DNA of 64,000 bases from an uncultured virus (IMG/VR IMGVR_UViG_3300034071_001628) (IMGVR_UViG_3300034071_001628); one strand, 5' to 3'. Positions 19,080-26,860 are shown, counted from the first letter of the stretch. Made by a program: numbers and translations. The notes: generated by a model not told the origin, from the letters alone.

Positions 19080-19364
19080 ATGGGAACAACACGTACAGAA
19101 ACAGGGCTACCTGAACAGCGAAATCGTACCCCTTTTTCAGTAAAGAGAAAGGTTATCTATTATCCTGCCCTTGTATTGACAGGTATGATTGGATTTGCTC
19201 TAGGGTCAAATGCATACACTGAATCAACCATCAATCAAACTCTGAAACTGTGCAATCAGAAACCTCTGGAATGCAAGTTCAAGTATGATATGGTGATGTA
19301 TCAAGAAACAGGACGAGTGCCTTATACTGCTGAAACTGCAAAAGTGGATTCCAAAACTAAATAA
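19080..19364 (+). CDS. membrane-anchored hypothetical protein
   Basis: 94-aa ORF with one hydrophobic segment. Confidence 0.55.
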   Translation: MGTTRTETGLPEQRNRTPFSVKRKVIYYPALVLTGMIGFALGSNAYTESTINQTLKLCNQKPLECKFKYDMVMYQETGRVPYTAETAKVDSKTK

Positions 19365-19393
19365 CAGTACGTTAAGGAATTCTTAGTTGTCTA

Positions 19394-20548
19394 ATGGCAA
19401 TATCGACAAGTAATACGTTTTTATTTTCATCAGGTCCAATTAAGTTTGGAGATCTAAGAAACTCTTTTAAGGAAGTTGCATCAGGTCCAATTAAGGCATC
19501 TGAATTGCTGAGAAATACAACGGTTACAACCTCTGCAGAAACAGATCCAATTGTACCCGATGCTGTTGAAAACTCACAGATTGCAAACAGCACGACAAAG
19601 AATCTCAAGAGTTCGCAGTTTCGCAATAGTCTGAAGTATTATAATTTGGTTCAGACAGGAACGGATGATAACTCTGCCAACTTTAGCAATCCTGGTGTTG
19701 ATGTTGGAGCACAGAATTGGTTTGGTAATCTACCCAAGAACATCAAGAAGAGATTCTATGTTCAGGGAACGATTGGATCCATCAACACATCTTCACCTGC
19801 GGCAAGGTTTGATTCATTGGCCTACAATCTGTCTTTGATTGTTCAAAATGGTGGAAAGATTCATGGTGCAGGTGGATCAGGTGGAACTGTTTATAGTACG
19901 CCTGGTGCTGTAGGTGGATCTGCGATTTATTCAACTTCAACAGGATATGCTGTTAAAGTTGTAATTGATGCAGGTTCTCAGGTTTATGCAGGTGGATCAG
20001 GTGGAGCCAGAGGTTCTCAAGGTACATCAGGCAATCCTGGAACTTGTAACTATCAGTATTGGACTGGTGGTTATTGTGGTGGTGGTCCAAACAATAACTG
20101 TCCTGGTGGATATAAAGTAGGTGGTAAAGGTGGTGGTGATGGCAACTGCTGTGAATTTAACCGTGGATGCAATGTAGGACGTTGGTATAATCTTTGTCAA
20201 GTTGATTATGCTGTGCCTGCTGCTCCTGGTGGTGATGGTGGTGCAGGTGGAATCGGTCAAGGATACAATCAACCAAGCACTACAGGTGTTGCTGGTGGAG
20301 CAGGAGCGCCTGGTGGATGTGGAGCAAGTCCTCAATATGGACAACCCAGTGGAAATCCTGGAGAGCCAGGTTCATCAGGTGCTCTATTTGGATCAGGGTC
20401 AGCAGCAACCACAACATCACCAACATCGACACTTGTAGGTAATGGTGGTATTGCAGGAAATGCAGGACGTGCCATTGCCCCTGCCCTAGGAAATTACATA
20501 TATACAGGTGAATTAACTTCTGAAACCATTAAAGGATTGTACCAATGA
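19394..20548 (+). CDS. Gly-rich fibre/adhesin-like protein with Cys-rich insert
   Basis: SSGPIKFGDL N-terminus, GAGGSGG/GGSAI/GGDGGAGG glycine motifs; late-type CTAAATA upstream. Confidence 0.65.
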   Translation: MAISTSNTFLFSSGPIKFGDLRNSFKEVASGPIKASELLRNTTVTTSAETDPIVPDAVENSQIANSTTKNLKSSQFRNSLKYYNLVQTGTDDNSANFSNPGVDVGAQNWFGNLPKNIKKRFYVQGTIGSINTSSPAARFDSLAYNLSLIVQNGGKIHGAGGSGGTVYSTPGAVGGSAIYSTSTGYAVKVVIDAGSQVYAGGSGGARGSQGTSGNPGTCNYQYWTGGYCGGGPNNNCPGGYKVGGKGGGDGNCCEFNRGCNVGRWYNLCQVDYAVPAAPGGDGGAGGIGQGYNQPSTTGVAGGAGAPGGCGASPQYGQPSGNPGEPGSSGALFGSGSAATTTSPTSTLVGNGGIAGNAGRAIAPALGNYIYTGELTSETIKGLYQ

Positions 20549-20889
20549 GTGATTATCCATCGTTACCACAGCAAGCAAAAAATCTTGCAAAGTTTGCATT
20601 TGATGTGCTCAAGTACGCACAAGCAAGTGATAGTTTGTTTTGTTCCAATGAAGTTGTATTAAAGAGAAAGGCAATTTGTGAAGCCTGTGATCGCCGCGAC
20701 CCAATTCCCAATCGTTGTAAGGAATGTGGTTGTTATTTGGATTCAAAAGTTCGTTTTGCTCTTGATGCCTGCCCATTGGGTAAATGGAGAGAATCTGATG
20801 AAGATTGGATGAATGGAGAGTTTGATAAGTTCATGGAGTCAAGAAAAGATTGTTGTCCTGACGATCATATTCCAGAACCTCCTCAGTGA
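20545..20889 (+). CDS. Cys-rich putative metal-binding protein
   Basis: R..ICEAC...RCKECGC...CPLGKW. Confidence 0.7.
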   Translation: MSDYPSLPQQAKNLAKFAFDVLKYAQASDSLFCSNEVVLKRKAICEACDRRDPIPNRCKECGCYLDSKVRFALDACPLGKWRESDEDWMNGEFDKFMESRKDCCPDDHIPEPPQ

Positions 20890-20914
20890 TTAAATCAGCA
20901 CAACAATCAAAGAA

Positions 20915-21451
20915 ATGAACGTACTTGTTATTGATGACTTCTTTGAGAATCCAGAAGAAGTCATAGAGATGTCCTTGGAGCAGAATTATAACTGCTCTAA
21001 GGATATTGATTCTGGATGGCAAGGATACCGCACGGGTCCATTGTATTGTCCTGAAATACAAGAGAATGTTCTTCATACTGTATCGGAGCATTTCAAGATT
21101 CAGAATTATCTGATTGAGTCTTATTTTCATATTCTTCCCACTGAGGTTATCGACTGGGATATCCAAAGCGATAGAAACACAAGAATCAAAGATTATCATC
21201 ATTACAAGTATCATGCTGATCCTGTGCCTTATGCAGGGGTCATCTATTTGTCTGATGCACCAGAATCCTGTGGCACATCAATTGTCAATGGAGAGAAGAA
21301 TGAGATAGTATCGTATGCTCATAAGTATAATCGATTGATTGCCTATCCTGGGTATTATGTTCATGCTCCTACATCACCTTATGGTAATGATATTACAGAT
21401 GGTCGATTGACTTATAATTTCTTTATCTCACAATCATTCTATGGTTTCTAA
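20915..21451 (+). CDS. 2OG-Fe(II) oxygenase-like protein
   Basis: VIDDFFENP, HAD..YAGVIYL, YNRLIAY...H, RLT..FF. Confidence 0.8.
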   Translation: MNVLVIDDFFENPEEVIEMSLEQNYNCSKDIDSGWQGYRTGPLYCPEIQENVLHTVSEHFKIQNYLIESYFHILPTEVIDWDIQSDRNTRIKDYHHYKYHADPVPYAGVIYLSDAPESCGTSIVNGEKNEIVSYAHKYNRLIAYPGYYVHAPTSPYGNDITDGRLTYNFFISQSFYGF

Positions 21452-21497
21452 GATCGAGGTTTGCGACGCCATAAATACTCAAAAAGTCAGAGGATAA

Positions 21498-21686
21498 ATG
21501 AAGACGTTCTTTCAGTTCATGGAACAGATTCTCACAACACCACAGGCAAAGGTTGATGCTGCAAAAGCCAAGGAAAGTGGAATCATAACACGTCAGCACA
21601 ATCGCTATGCGAATCTACAACGTCTTCATACGACTATGCATTTGCAGCAGACGGCGAATCAAGAGAAAAGAGATAAAGGACTCTGA
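21498..21686 (+). CDS. small late protein (MKTFFQFME N-terminus)
   Basis: ATAAATA at 21471 and GAGGA RBS; MKTF..F..E start typical of T4-like head-internal proteins. Confidence 0.6.
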   Translation: MKTFFQFMEQILTTPQAKVDAAKAKESGIITRQHNRYANLQRLHTTMHLQQTANQEKRDKGL

Positions 21687-22520
21687 TTAACGTACATAGA
21701 ACCAGTAATAACCTTTCCAACTATAACGCCCTGGATTCTTCAGACTCTTGAGAATTCCGTTTTTATCGGTGCCTTCAAAAAAATGAACAGCAGCATTAAT
21801 ACTTTCACAACGGGGACCAATTATCTCCGTTTTTTTATCGACACCAAACACCGCCTTTTTCTTTTCCTTTTCTTCTAAGATCTGCCAACGATGACCATAG
21901 GCAATGCGGTAATGCCTGGCAGCAGATAGAATGTTTGCACGGTTATTCGGATTGCCTGTCACTTGTGTTGCTGCTTCTCTGGCTGATTCATAATCAGTGC
22001 ATACACCAGTTTCTAAGTTCTTGCATCTTATTTTAAGACCTGTCTTCTTACCATCTCCACGGGTATTCTCATTCCATTGCATTAAGTGTGAGGTATTAAC
22101 TTTTCTTTTTTCTTTTGGTTTTGGTTTAGCAAGTTCTTGTAGTGCTGCGCTTGCGGCGCTTGCGCTTATGCCTTCGGCACTTATGCCTTCGGCAGGCCTG
22201 CCTTCGGCAGGTTTATACTCTTCTATTGCCTTCTTAGCAATCTCTATGGCGCTAATGGCAGGATTGTATTCAGGTTTGTATTGCTCTATCCAATAGTTTG
22301 TTTTCTCATTAAACTCTAATTCATCGCATTCATCTAACTCTCTAATCATAAAGTTATGGACACCATGTTCTCTGAATGCCTTGTGTAAGGGTTCTCGGGA
22401 CATTCTTTTAGCACGGTCTATCTGGTGTGCCCATTCTTTATTCATTGCAAGTGTGGTGTTTCCGACGTATTTTTCACCAGTTTGCTTGTTGATGATGAGA
22501 TAAATGATGCCTCTTGCCAT
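21687..22520 (-). CDS. GIY-YIG (Seg-like) protein with NUMOD1-like C-terminal repeats, apparently degenerate active site
   Basis: GIIY...YVG N-terminus; YESAREAA...AYGHRW and ESINAA...WKGYYW repeats; only clear - strand gene in the window. Confidence 0.8.
   Translation of the reverse strand: MARGIIYLIINKQTGEKYVGNTTLAMNKEWAHQIDRAKRMSREPLHKAFREHGVHNFMIRELDECDELEFNEKTNYWIEQYKPEYNPAISAIEIAKKAIEEYKPAEGRPAEGISAEGISASAASAALQELAKPKPKEKRKVNTSHLMQWNENTRGDGKKTGLKIRCKNLETGVCTDYESAREAATQVTGNPNNRANILSAARHYRIAYGHRWQILEEKEKKKAVFGVDKKTEIIGPRCESINAAVHFFEGTDKNGILKSLKNPGRYSWKGYYWFYVR
22169..22209. repeat. three TGCCTTCGGCA mini-palindromes at 15-bp period inside the GIY-YIG gene
   Basis: Copies at 22169, 22184, 22199. 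Confidence 0.9.
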
Positions 22521-22737
22521 TGTTTATAACACGGTGTGTACTGTGGATTTATAACAGTGTATGTATAATTAATAACACGGTATAATGAATTTGGTGTTGT
22601 GTATTATGGTGAGGTATGGAAGGTTAATATTAAATTAAATATATGTCAGTGATTTGTAACATTCTCAATAAAAATGAATAATTGAGAATCAATTGAGTTA
22701 ATTGATGAGAATAGGTCTAAGTCTTGTGACCTAAGCA

Positions 22738-22766
22738 GGTATAGCATAAGACGCGCAGTTTGTCAA
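22738..22766 (-). promoter_or_regulatory. leftward sigma70 promoter for the GIY-YIG gene
   Basis: Minus strand TTGACA-17 bp-TATACC with TGn. Confidence 0.7.
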
Positions 22767-22815
22767 GCCACGCCCCGCCGAAAATCCCCAGACCCACACA
22801 TAAGGCTCACAGACC

Positions 22816-22844
22816 TTGACATTCTTATAAGGGTATGGTAGAAT
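22816..22844 (+). promoter_or_regulatory. rightward sigma70 promoter
   Basis: TTGACA-17 bp-TAGAAT with TGn. Confidence 0.8.
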
Positions 22845-22995
22845 CTAGTCGAGAAATATAAGCATATCTTAACATTTCTCGACGAGAGTGCATATATACT
22901 AGCATGAATCTCGACGAGACGGTGCATCATAAGGCTTGCAATCTCGTCGAGTTTTATGCTACAATTCATAAGCGTTCAACAAATCTCGACGAGCT

Positions 22996-23148
22996 ATGTA
23001 CGACGACTACGATCTCGACTATACATTCAGCAACGATTACGGACAAGATCTCGACGAGTATTATGCACAGGATGCACTAGATCTCGACGAGGATTATGCA
23101 CGAGATGGGCAAGATTACGAATCGCTTGCATATCGTCATTATGCATGA
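22996..23148 (+). CDS. Asp/Tyr-rich 50-aa peptide (MYDDYDLDY...)
   Basis: Read by hand; follows TTGCAA-18-TACAAT. Confidence 0.55.
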   Translation: MYDDYDLDYTFSNDYGQDLDEYYAQDALDLDEDYARDGQDYESLAYRHYA

Positions 23149-23180
23149 TATAATCTAGTACACATACACATCTAGACCTC

Positions 23181-23333
23181 ATGTTAGCACAGAAGCGTAT
23201 CGTACAGGTTACACTAGATATCATGTGTTATGATGATCTGGACCTGGATAACATCGATTGGCGGGAGTTATTGCAACTCGAACCTAACGAAGATGTTCAT
23301 TGTAGGGTAAAAGAATTCGACCCGTTCGAGTAA
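23181..23333 (+). CDS. small acidic protein (50 aa, MLAQKRIVQV...)
   Basis: Read by hand; TATAAT upstream. Confidence 0.6.
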   Translation: MLAQKRIVQVTLDIMCYDDLDLDNIDWRELLQLEPNEDVHCRVKEFDPFE

Positions 23334-23393
23334 TGTGACAGTTTGAGAACTGGCACAAGACCCCTTGATATCTGCCACCAGGTGGGATATTCT
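23334..23393 (+). promoter_or_regulatory. dyad-type early promoter
   Basis: TGTGACAGTTTGAGAACTGGCACA, TTGATA-17-TATTCT. Confidence 0.8.
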
Positions 23394-23417
23394 ACCTTCG
23401 TCGTCGCAATTAATCCA

Positions 23418-23564
23418 ATGTGTGGTCCAGTTTTTGATTATACTTTCGAAGATTTTCTGAATGATGCTTCCCAGGAAGAATGGGATGCTTGGGAACAGAA
23501 AGCGGCTGAACTTGAGCTGCCATTGGATTACTATCTCCAAGAGTTCGTTGCATGTGACAGTTGA
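23418..23564 (+). CDS. small acidic protein ending KAAEL..DYYLQEF
   Basis: Start after the promoter; motif shared with 16847-17047. Confidence 0.65.
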   Translation: MCGPVFDYTFEDFLNDASQEEWDAWEQKAAELELPLDYYLQEFVACDS

Positions 23565-23649
23565 GGTAGTGGCACACTGATTCCCCACTGGGTCCTCTGG
23601 CCACTGGGTCCTCTGGTGGGGTAATATTCATTTGTCGCTGAGAAATCCA

Positions 23650-23859
23650 ATGGTTTTCGCCATCTCCAAACTCAACAATTGCACTTACACTTTGGATGCA
23701 AACAATCAGCGGGTTCTGATGTATGCTAACCTGCTGCCTGATGGTTCTTATGAGACTGCACTTTCTGCCTATGATTGGGTAGAGTGGGACCGTCTGGATG
23801 GTGATATCTTAGAGGAAGCAGACCGCATTCACAAACTGCTGCTGGCGGAGGTGAAGTGA
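23650..23859 (+). CDS. hypothetical phage protein
   Basis: ORF MVFAISKL... after the dyad at 23553. Confidence 0.65.
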   Translation: MVFAISKLNNCTYTLDANNQRVLMYANLLPDGSYETALSAYDWVEWDRLDGDILEEADRIHKLLLAEVK

Positions 23860-24053
23860 TGGTGGAATTCATTCGTTACGTAAAGTCCTTCTATGGTCCT
23901 GGTGGCATTTATGATATGGGTGCCACTGATGATGATATCATTGAGGCAACGTTTAAATACATTCATTCAGGTGCTGATTTCTGTGGTGATAGTTTCGACC
24001 GTGAAAGTGTGCGGGATATTATGATTGATGAGATGGGGCTTGTGCCAGTCTGA
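23856..24053 (+). CDS. hypothetical phage protein
   Basis: YVKSFYGPGGIYDMGAT...GDSFDRE. Confidence 0.7.
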   Translation: MMVEFIRYVKSFYGPGGIYDMGATDDDIIEATFKYIHSGADFCGDSFDRESVRDIMIDEMGLVPV

Positions 24054-24124
24054 TAAGTGGCACACACCCCCTTGCGTTCCTGACCAATCCGATCTACATT
24101 ACATTCGTTCCTGAGACACCGACC

Positions 24125-24598
24125 ATGCTGACTGGTTCTTCCCTGCTGAACAAAGTGAATGAAATGCAGGCACAAAACCCGCCTGCTAAGATGTCTGAAA
24201 TCGTTCGTGCCTGTGGGTATGAGCGTGATGGCAAACTCAAATACACTGAATTCTACACTGAGTTGCTGACTGTCAAGGGTATCCTGAACAATGATACTCT
24301 GGAGGATGAGATCTCCGAAGAGTATCAGGAACTGTATCAGACTCTGTGTAGTTCTTATGGTAAGGGTGCTGTGAATGCATTCCTGGAACTCTATGATGAG
24401 GCGGATCTTCAGTCTTTCGAAGATGCCTATCAGGGTCCTTATGATTCTGAGGCAGCATTTGCCGAAGAATTTACCACTGACATCTATGGGTTTGATGCAC
24501 CTTCGTTCGTGGTAGTTGATTGGGATGCTACCTGGAACTGTAATCTTCGTTATGATTTTGATTTCGAAGATGGGTTCGTGTTCAATAAGAACTGGTAG
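24125..24598 (+). CDS. cyanobacterial AbrB-like N-domain fused to ArdA-like acidic C-domain
   Basis: MLTGSSLLNKV...ACGY...FYTELL..KG; FEDAYQGPYDSEAAFAEEF...VDWDATW...DGFVF. Confidence 0.7.
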   Translation: MLTGSSLLNKVNEMQAQNPPAKMSEIVRACGYERDGKLKYTEFYTELLTVKGILNNDTLEDEISEEYQELYQTLCSSYGKGAVNAFLELYDEADLQSFEDAYQGPYDSEAAFAEEFTTDIYGFDAPSFVVVDWDATWNCNLRYDFDFEDGFVFNKNW

Positions 24599-24599
24599 A

Positions 24600-24900
24600 A
24601 TCTCGTCGAGACGTGCGTGTGTGGTCTCGACTAGATCGCACACGCATTCATTATATCTCGTCGAGACGCACACATCATACATCATCTAGATACACACATA
24701 CACATCTAGATCTCATTCTCAATAACTAGTTTCTTATTGAGAATCGCGGCTGGTGAGTTCTAGATACCCACGCGGCACACATAGCCCGCCTTATGTGCAA
24801 GAATATGTGCTTCACCCCACTCACCCCTTCCCACACCATCTAAATGTGCTTTATTATAATTCTCAATAAGACCTTTCTTATTGAGAATGATATCTAGAAA
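24600..24900. repeat. repeat-rich non-coding locus B
   Basis: TCTCGTCGAGA at 24601 and about 24656, variant about 24625; 30-bp inverted repeats at 24715-24744 and 24859-24888; CATCTAGA repeats. Confidence 0.85.
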
Positions 24901-25067
24901 TATGAATTCTTATAGATACCTTTGGTATCGATGTCCGTAGGGTATAAGTACTTTAAAGACCCAGAGGGCAGATATCAAGAGCAATTGTGCCAGTTCGTGA
25001 AGTGGCACACAGTTTTACCATAACCCCACCACGTGGGTTATTATACATTCGTTCCTGAGATTCAACC

Positions 25068-25226
25068 GTGACTGAAGTTAAAGTTCGGGTCGAAACTTAC
25101 GATGGTTGCGTTACCTTCTGGTATGAGAAGTCCAGAGTAAAGAACCCCACCGAAGTTGTCTGCAATCGTGTCACAAACCAGTTGATGGGTCTTAACATCA
25201 AAGAGGTGAGTGTGACAGTTGAGTAA
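25068..25226 (+). CDS. hypothetical protein (52 aa, GTG start)
   Basis: Between the dyads at 24986 and 25211. Confidence 0.6.
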   Translation: MTEVKVRVETYDGCVTFWYEKSRVKNPTEVVCNRVTNQLMGLNIKEVSVTVE

Positions 25227-25294
25227 GTGTCACAAGGGGGGTTGCAATGCCCCCCAGACCCTGATACATTACATTCGTCCCTGAGAGACACGCC

Positions 25295-25420
25295 ATGTTT
25301 GATGAACTCTGGTCTGAGATTCAAGATGCTCCTGGTGAGATCTTTGACCTTGACATTCCTGAACTCAAAGATGAAAAGTTCGATGTCAATGAGTATCTGA
25401 ACTCTAACTACGATTACTGA
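25295..25420 (+). CDS. small acidic protein (41 aa, MFDELWSEIQD...)
   Basis: Read by hand after the dyad promoter. Confidence 0.6.
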   Translation: MFDELWSEIQDAPGEIFDLDIPELKDEKFDVNEYLNSNYDY

Positions 25421-25617
25421 TGCAGTTCCAAATCCTCTACATTGAGTTTGATACTGATGACGATGATGAGATGACTGCTTATGACAAAGACCTTCTAAAT
25501 GCAGAATACATTGGTCAAATCTGGGAGGCAGATGATGAAGATGATTTAGTTGAAGAGATCACTTGTGCATCTGGTTGGTGCATCAAATCCATTGATTATC
25601 GTCACGTTCTGAACTGA
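25420..25617 (+). CDS. small acidic protein
   Basis: WEADDEDDLVEEIT..SGWCIKSIDY. Confidence 0.7.
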   Translation: MQFQILYIEFDTDDDDEMTAYDKDLLNAEYIGQIWEADDEDDLVEEITCASGWCIKSIDYRHVLN

Positions 25618-25621
25618 AACC

Positions 25622-25825
25622 ATGACTGACACTTTCGATCGTGAAGCACTGGTTGAAGCATACATCGACCGTTTGCTTGATAACATGAGCACCAAAGATT
25701 TGCTGCAGATTGTTGGTGACCAGATGGAAGAAAATCTCACCAGTTATACTGATGAGGAACTGATTTCAGAGGTTGAGTCTTACTATCCCGACCTGCTGGA
25801 TCCAGACCTCCTGGGTGACAGTTGA
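25622..25825 (+). CDS. small acidic protein
   Basis: 67-aa ORF, D/E-rich. Confidence 0.7.
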   Translation: MTDTFDREALVEAYIDRLLDNMSTKDLLQIVGDQMEENLTSYTDEELISEVESYYPDLLDPDLLGDS

Positions 25826-25894
25826 ACAAGTGGCACAGGGGGGGTTGCGGTCCCCCCTGGTTCGTGCCATACTGATTCCATCAACAGAGAACCG

Positions 25895-26794
25895 ATGCAG
25901 AACAAGCACCAAGAGCACCCCGAAGATACCATCCTCACGGGCGACCTGAGCGTCCTGGACTGGTTCGTGACCCCTGGTGCCCTGAGCGTCAAGATCGACG
26001 GTGCCCCTGCCATCGTGTGGGGGATTGACCCTGCTTGCGGTGAGTTCTTTGTAGGAACCAAGGCAGTGTTCAACAAAAAGAAGATTCGTATTGCTCACAA
26101 TCATGAGGACATTGATCAACACTACGAAGGCAACGTAGCAGACATTCTTCACGCTTGCTTCGATTATCTGCCGCGTTTCGAAACCATCTATCAGGGTGAT
26201 TTCATTGGGTTCGGTGGTGATACCGAATACAATCCTAACACCATCACGTATAAGTTCGGTGAGGTAGTTTCCCAGAAAATTATCATCGCCCCGCACACTT
26301 GCTATTATGCTGAGAGCGATCTTCGTGACGCCCAGGCATTCCCTGACCGTAGCATCTGGACTGATACCGAAACGGTGAAGTTCGTGAAACCGAATGCATA
26401 CATCCTGCACAATCAGGAGTCGTTCGCTGATGTTGAAGAGGTGTGCAAGTTCGCCCGTCAGATGGCACAAACTGCCACCTTTGTGAGTGAGAAGGAAGCG
26501 GCAAAGATCAAACAACAGATCAATGCCTGCATTCGTGCTGGTGAAGAGGTGAATCCTGAGGACTTTGATTGTGATGCTAACCTGCTGCGTCTGTGGGCAT
26601 TGGTGAAGTCTATCAAAGATGACTGCCTGTTCCTCTGCCGCAATGATGGTCCTGCTGCTTATCTGTACGGTAACAGAATCGACGCTGAGGGTTACGTTCT
26701 GGTGAATCAGTTTGGTATGTTCAAACTGGTGAATCGTGAGGTCTTTTCTAACGCTAACTTCAACAGCGGTCGCTTCCAGTGTGCCAATCGTTGA
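25895..26794 (+). CDS. ligase/nucleotidyltransferase-fold protein (DUF6267-like)
   Basis: KIDGAP (motif I-like), YQGDF, EGYVL, FKLVNR. Confidence 0.65.
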   Translation: MQNKHQEHPEDTILTGDLSVLDWFVTPGALSVKIDGAPAIVWGIDPACGEFFVGTKAVFNKKKIRIAHNHEDIDQHYEGNVADILHACFDYLPRFETIYQGDFIGFGGDTEYNPNTITYKFGEVVSQKIIIAPHTCYYAESDLRDAQAFPDRSIWTDTETVKFVKPNAYILHNQESFADVEEVCKFARQMAQTATFVSEKEAAKIKQQINACIRAGEEVNPEDFDCDANLLRLWALVKSIKDDCLFLCRNDGPAAYLYGNRIDAEGYVLVNQFGMFKLVNREVFSNANFNSGRFQCANR

Positions 26795-26860
26795 AGTGGC
26801 ACAGACCCCCTTGTGGGGTGCCCCTGGTGCCCTATACTAATCTCATCAGCAACGCACCCG

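Larger units (their letters stand above)
22661..23180. repeat. repeat-rich locus A (TCTCGWCGAG iterons and ATTCTCAAT/ATTGAGAAT inverted repeat)
   Basis: Copies at 22877, 22909, 22942, 22984, 23049, 23082 plus variants; inverted repeat 22661-22689. Confidence 0.85.

Noticed and set aside
19394..20548. Diversity-generating retroelement target
   Set aside because: No reverse transcriptase or template/variable repeat pair is visible.
21687..22520. Group I intron-encoded or active mobile homing endonuclease
   Set aside because: No interrupted host gene or intron core is seen, and the catalytic residues look substituted.
23963..24685. 240-aa minus-strand ORF
   Set aside because: Antisense shadow of two promoter-backed + strand genes; no motifs.
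25211..25234. Dyad as a CRP or NtcA site
   Set aside because: TGTGA...TCACA here has a 14-bp spacer rather than CRP's 6, and it does not fit GTA-N8-TAC.
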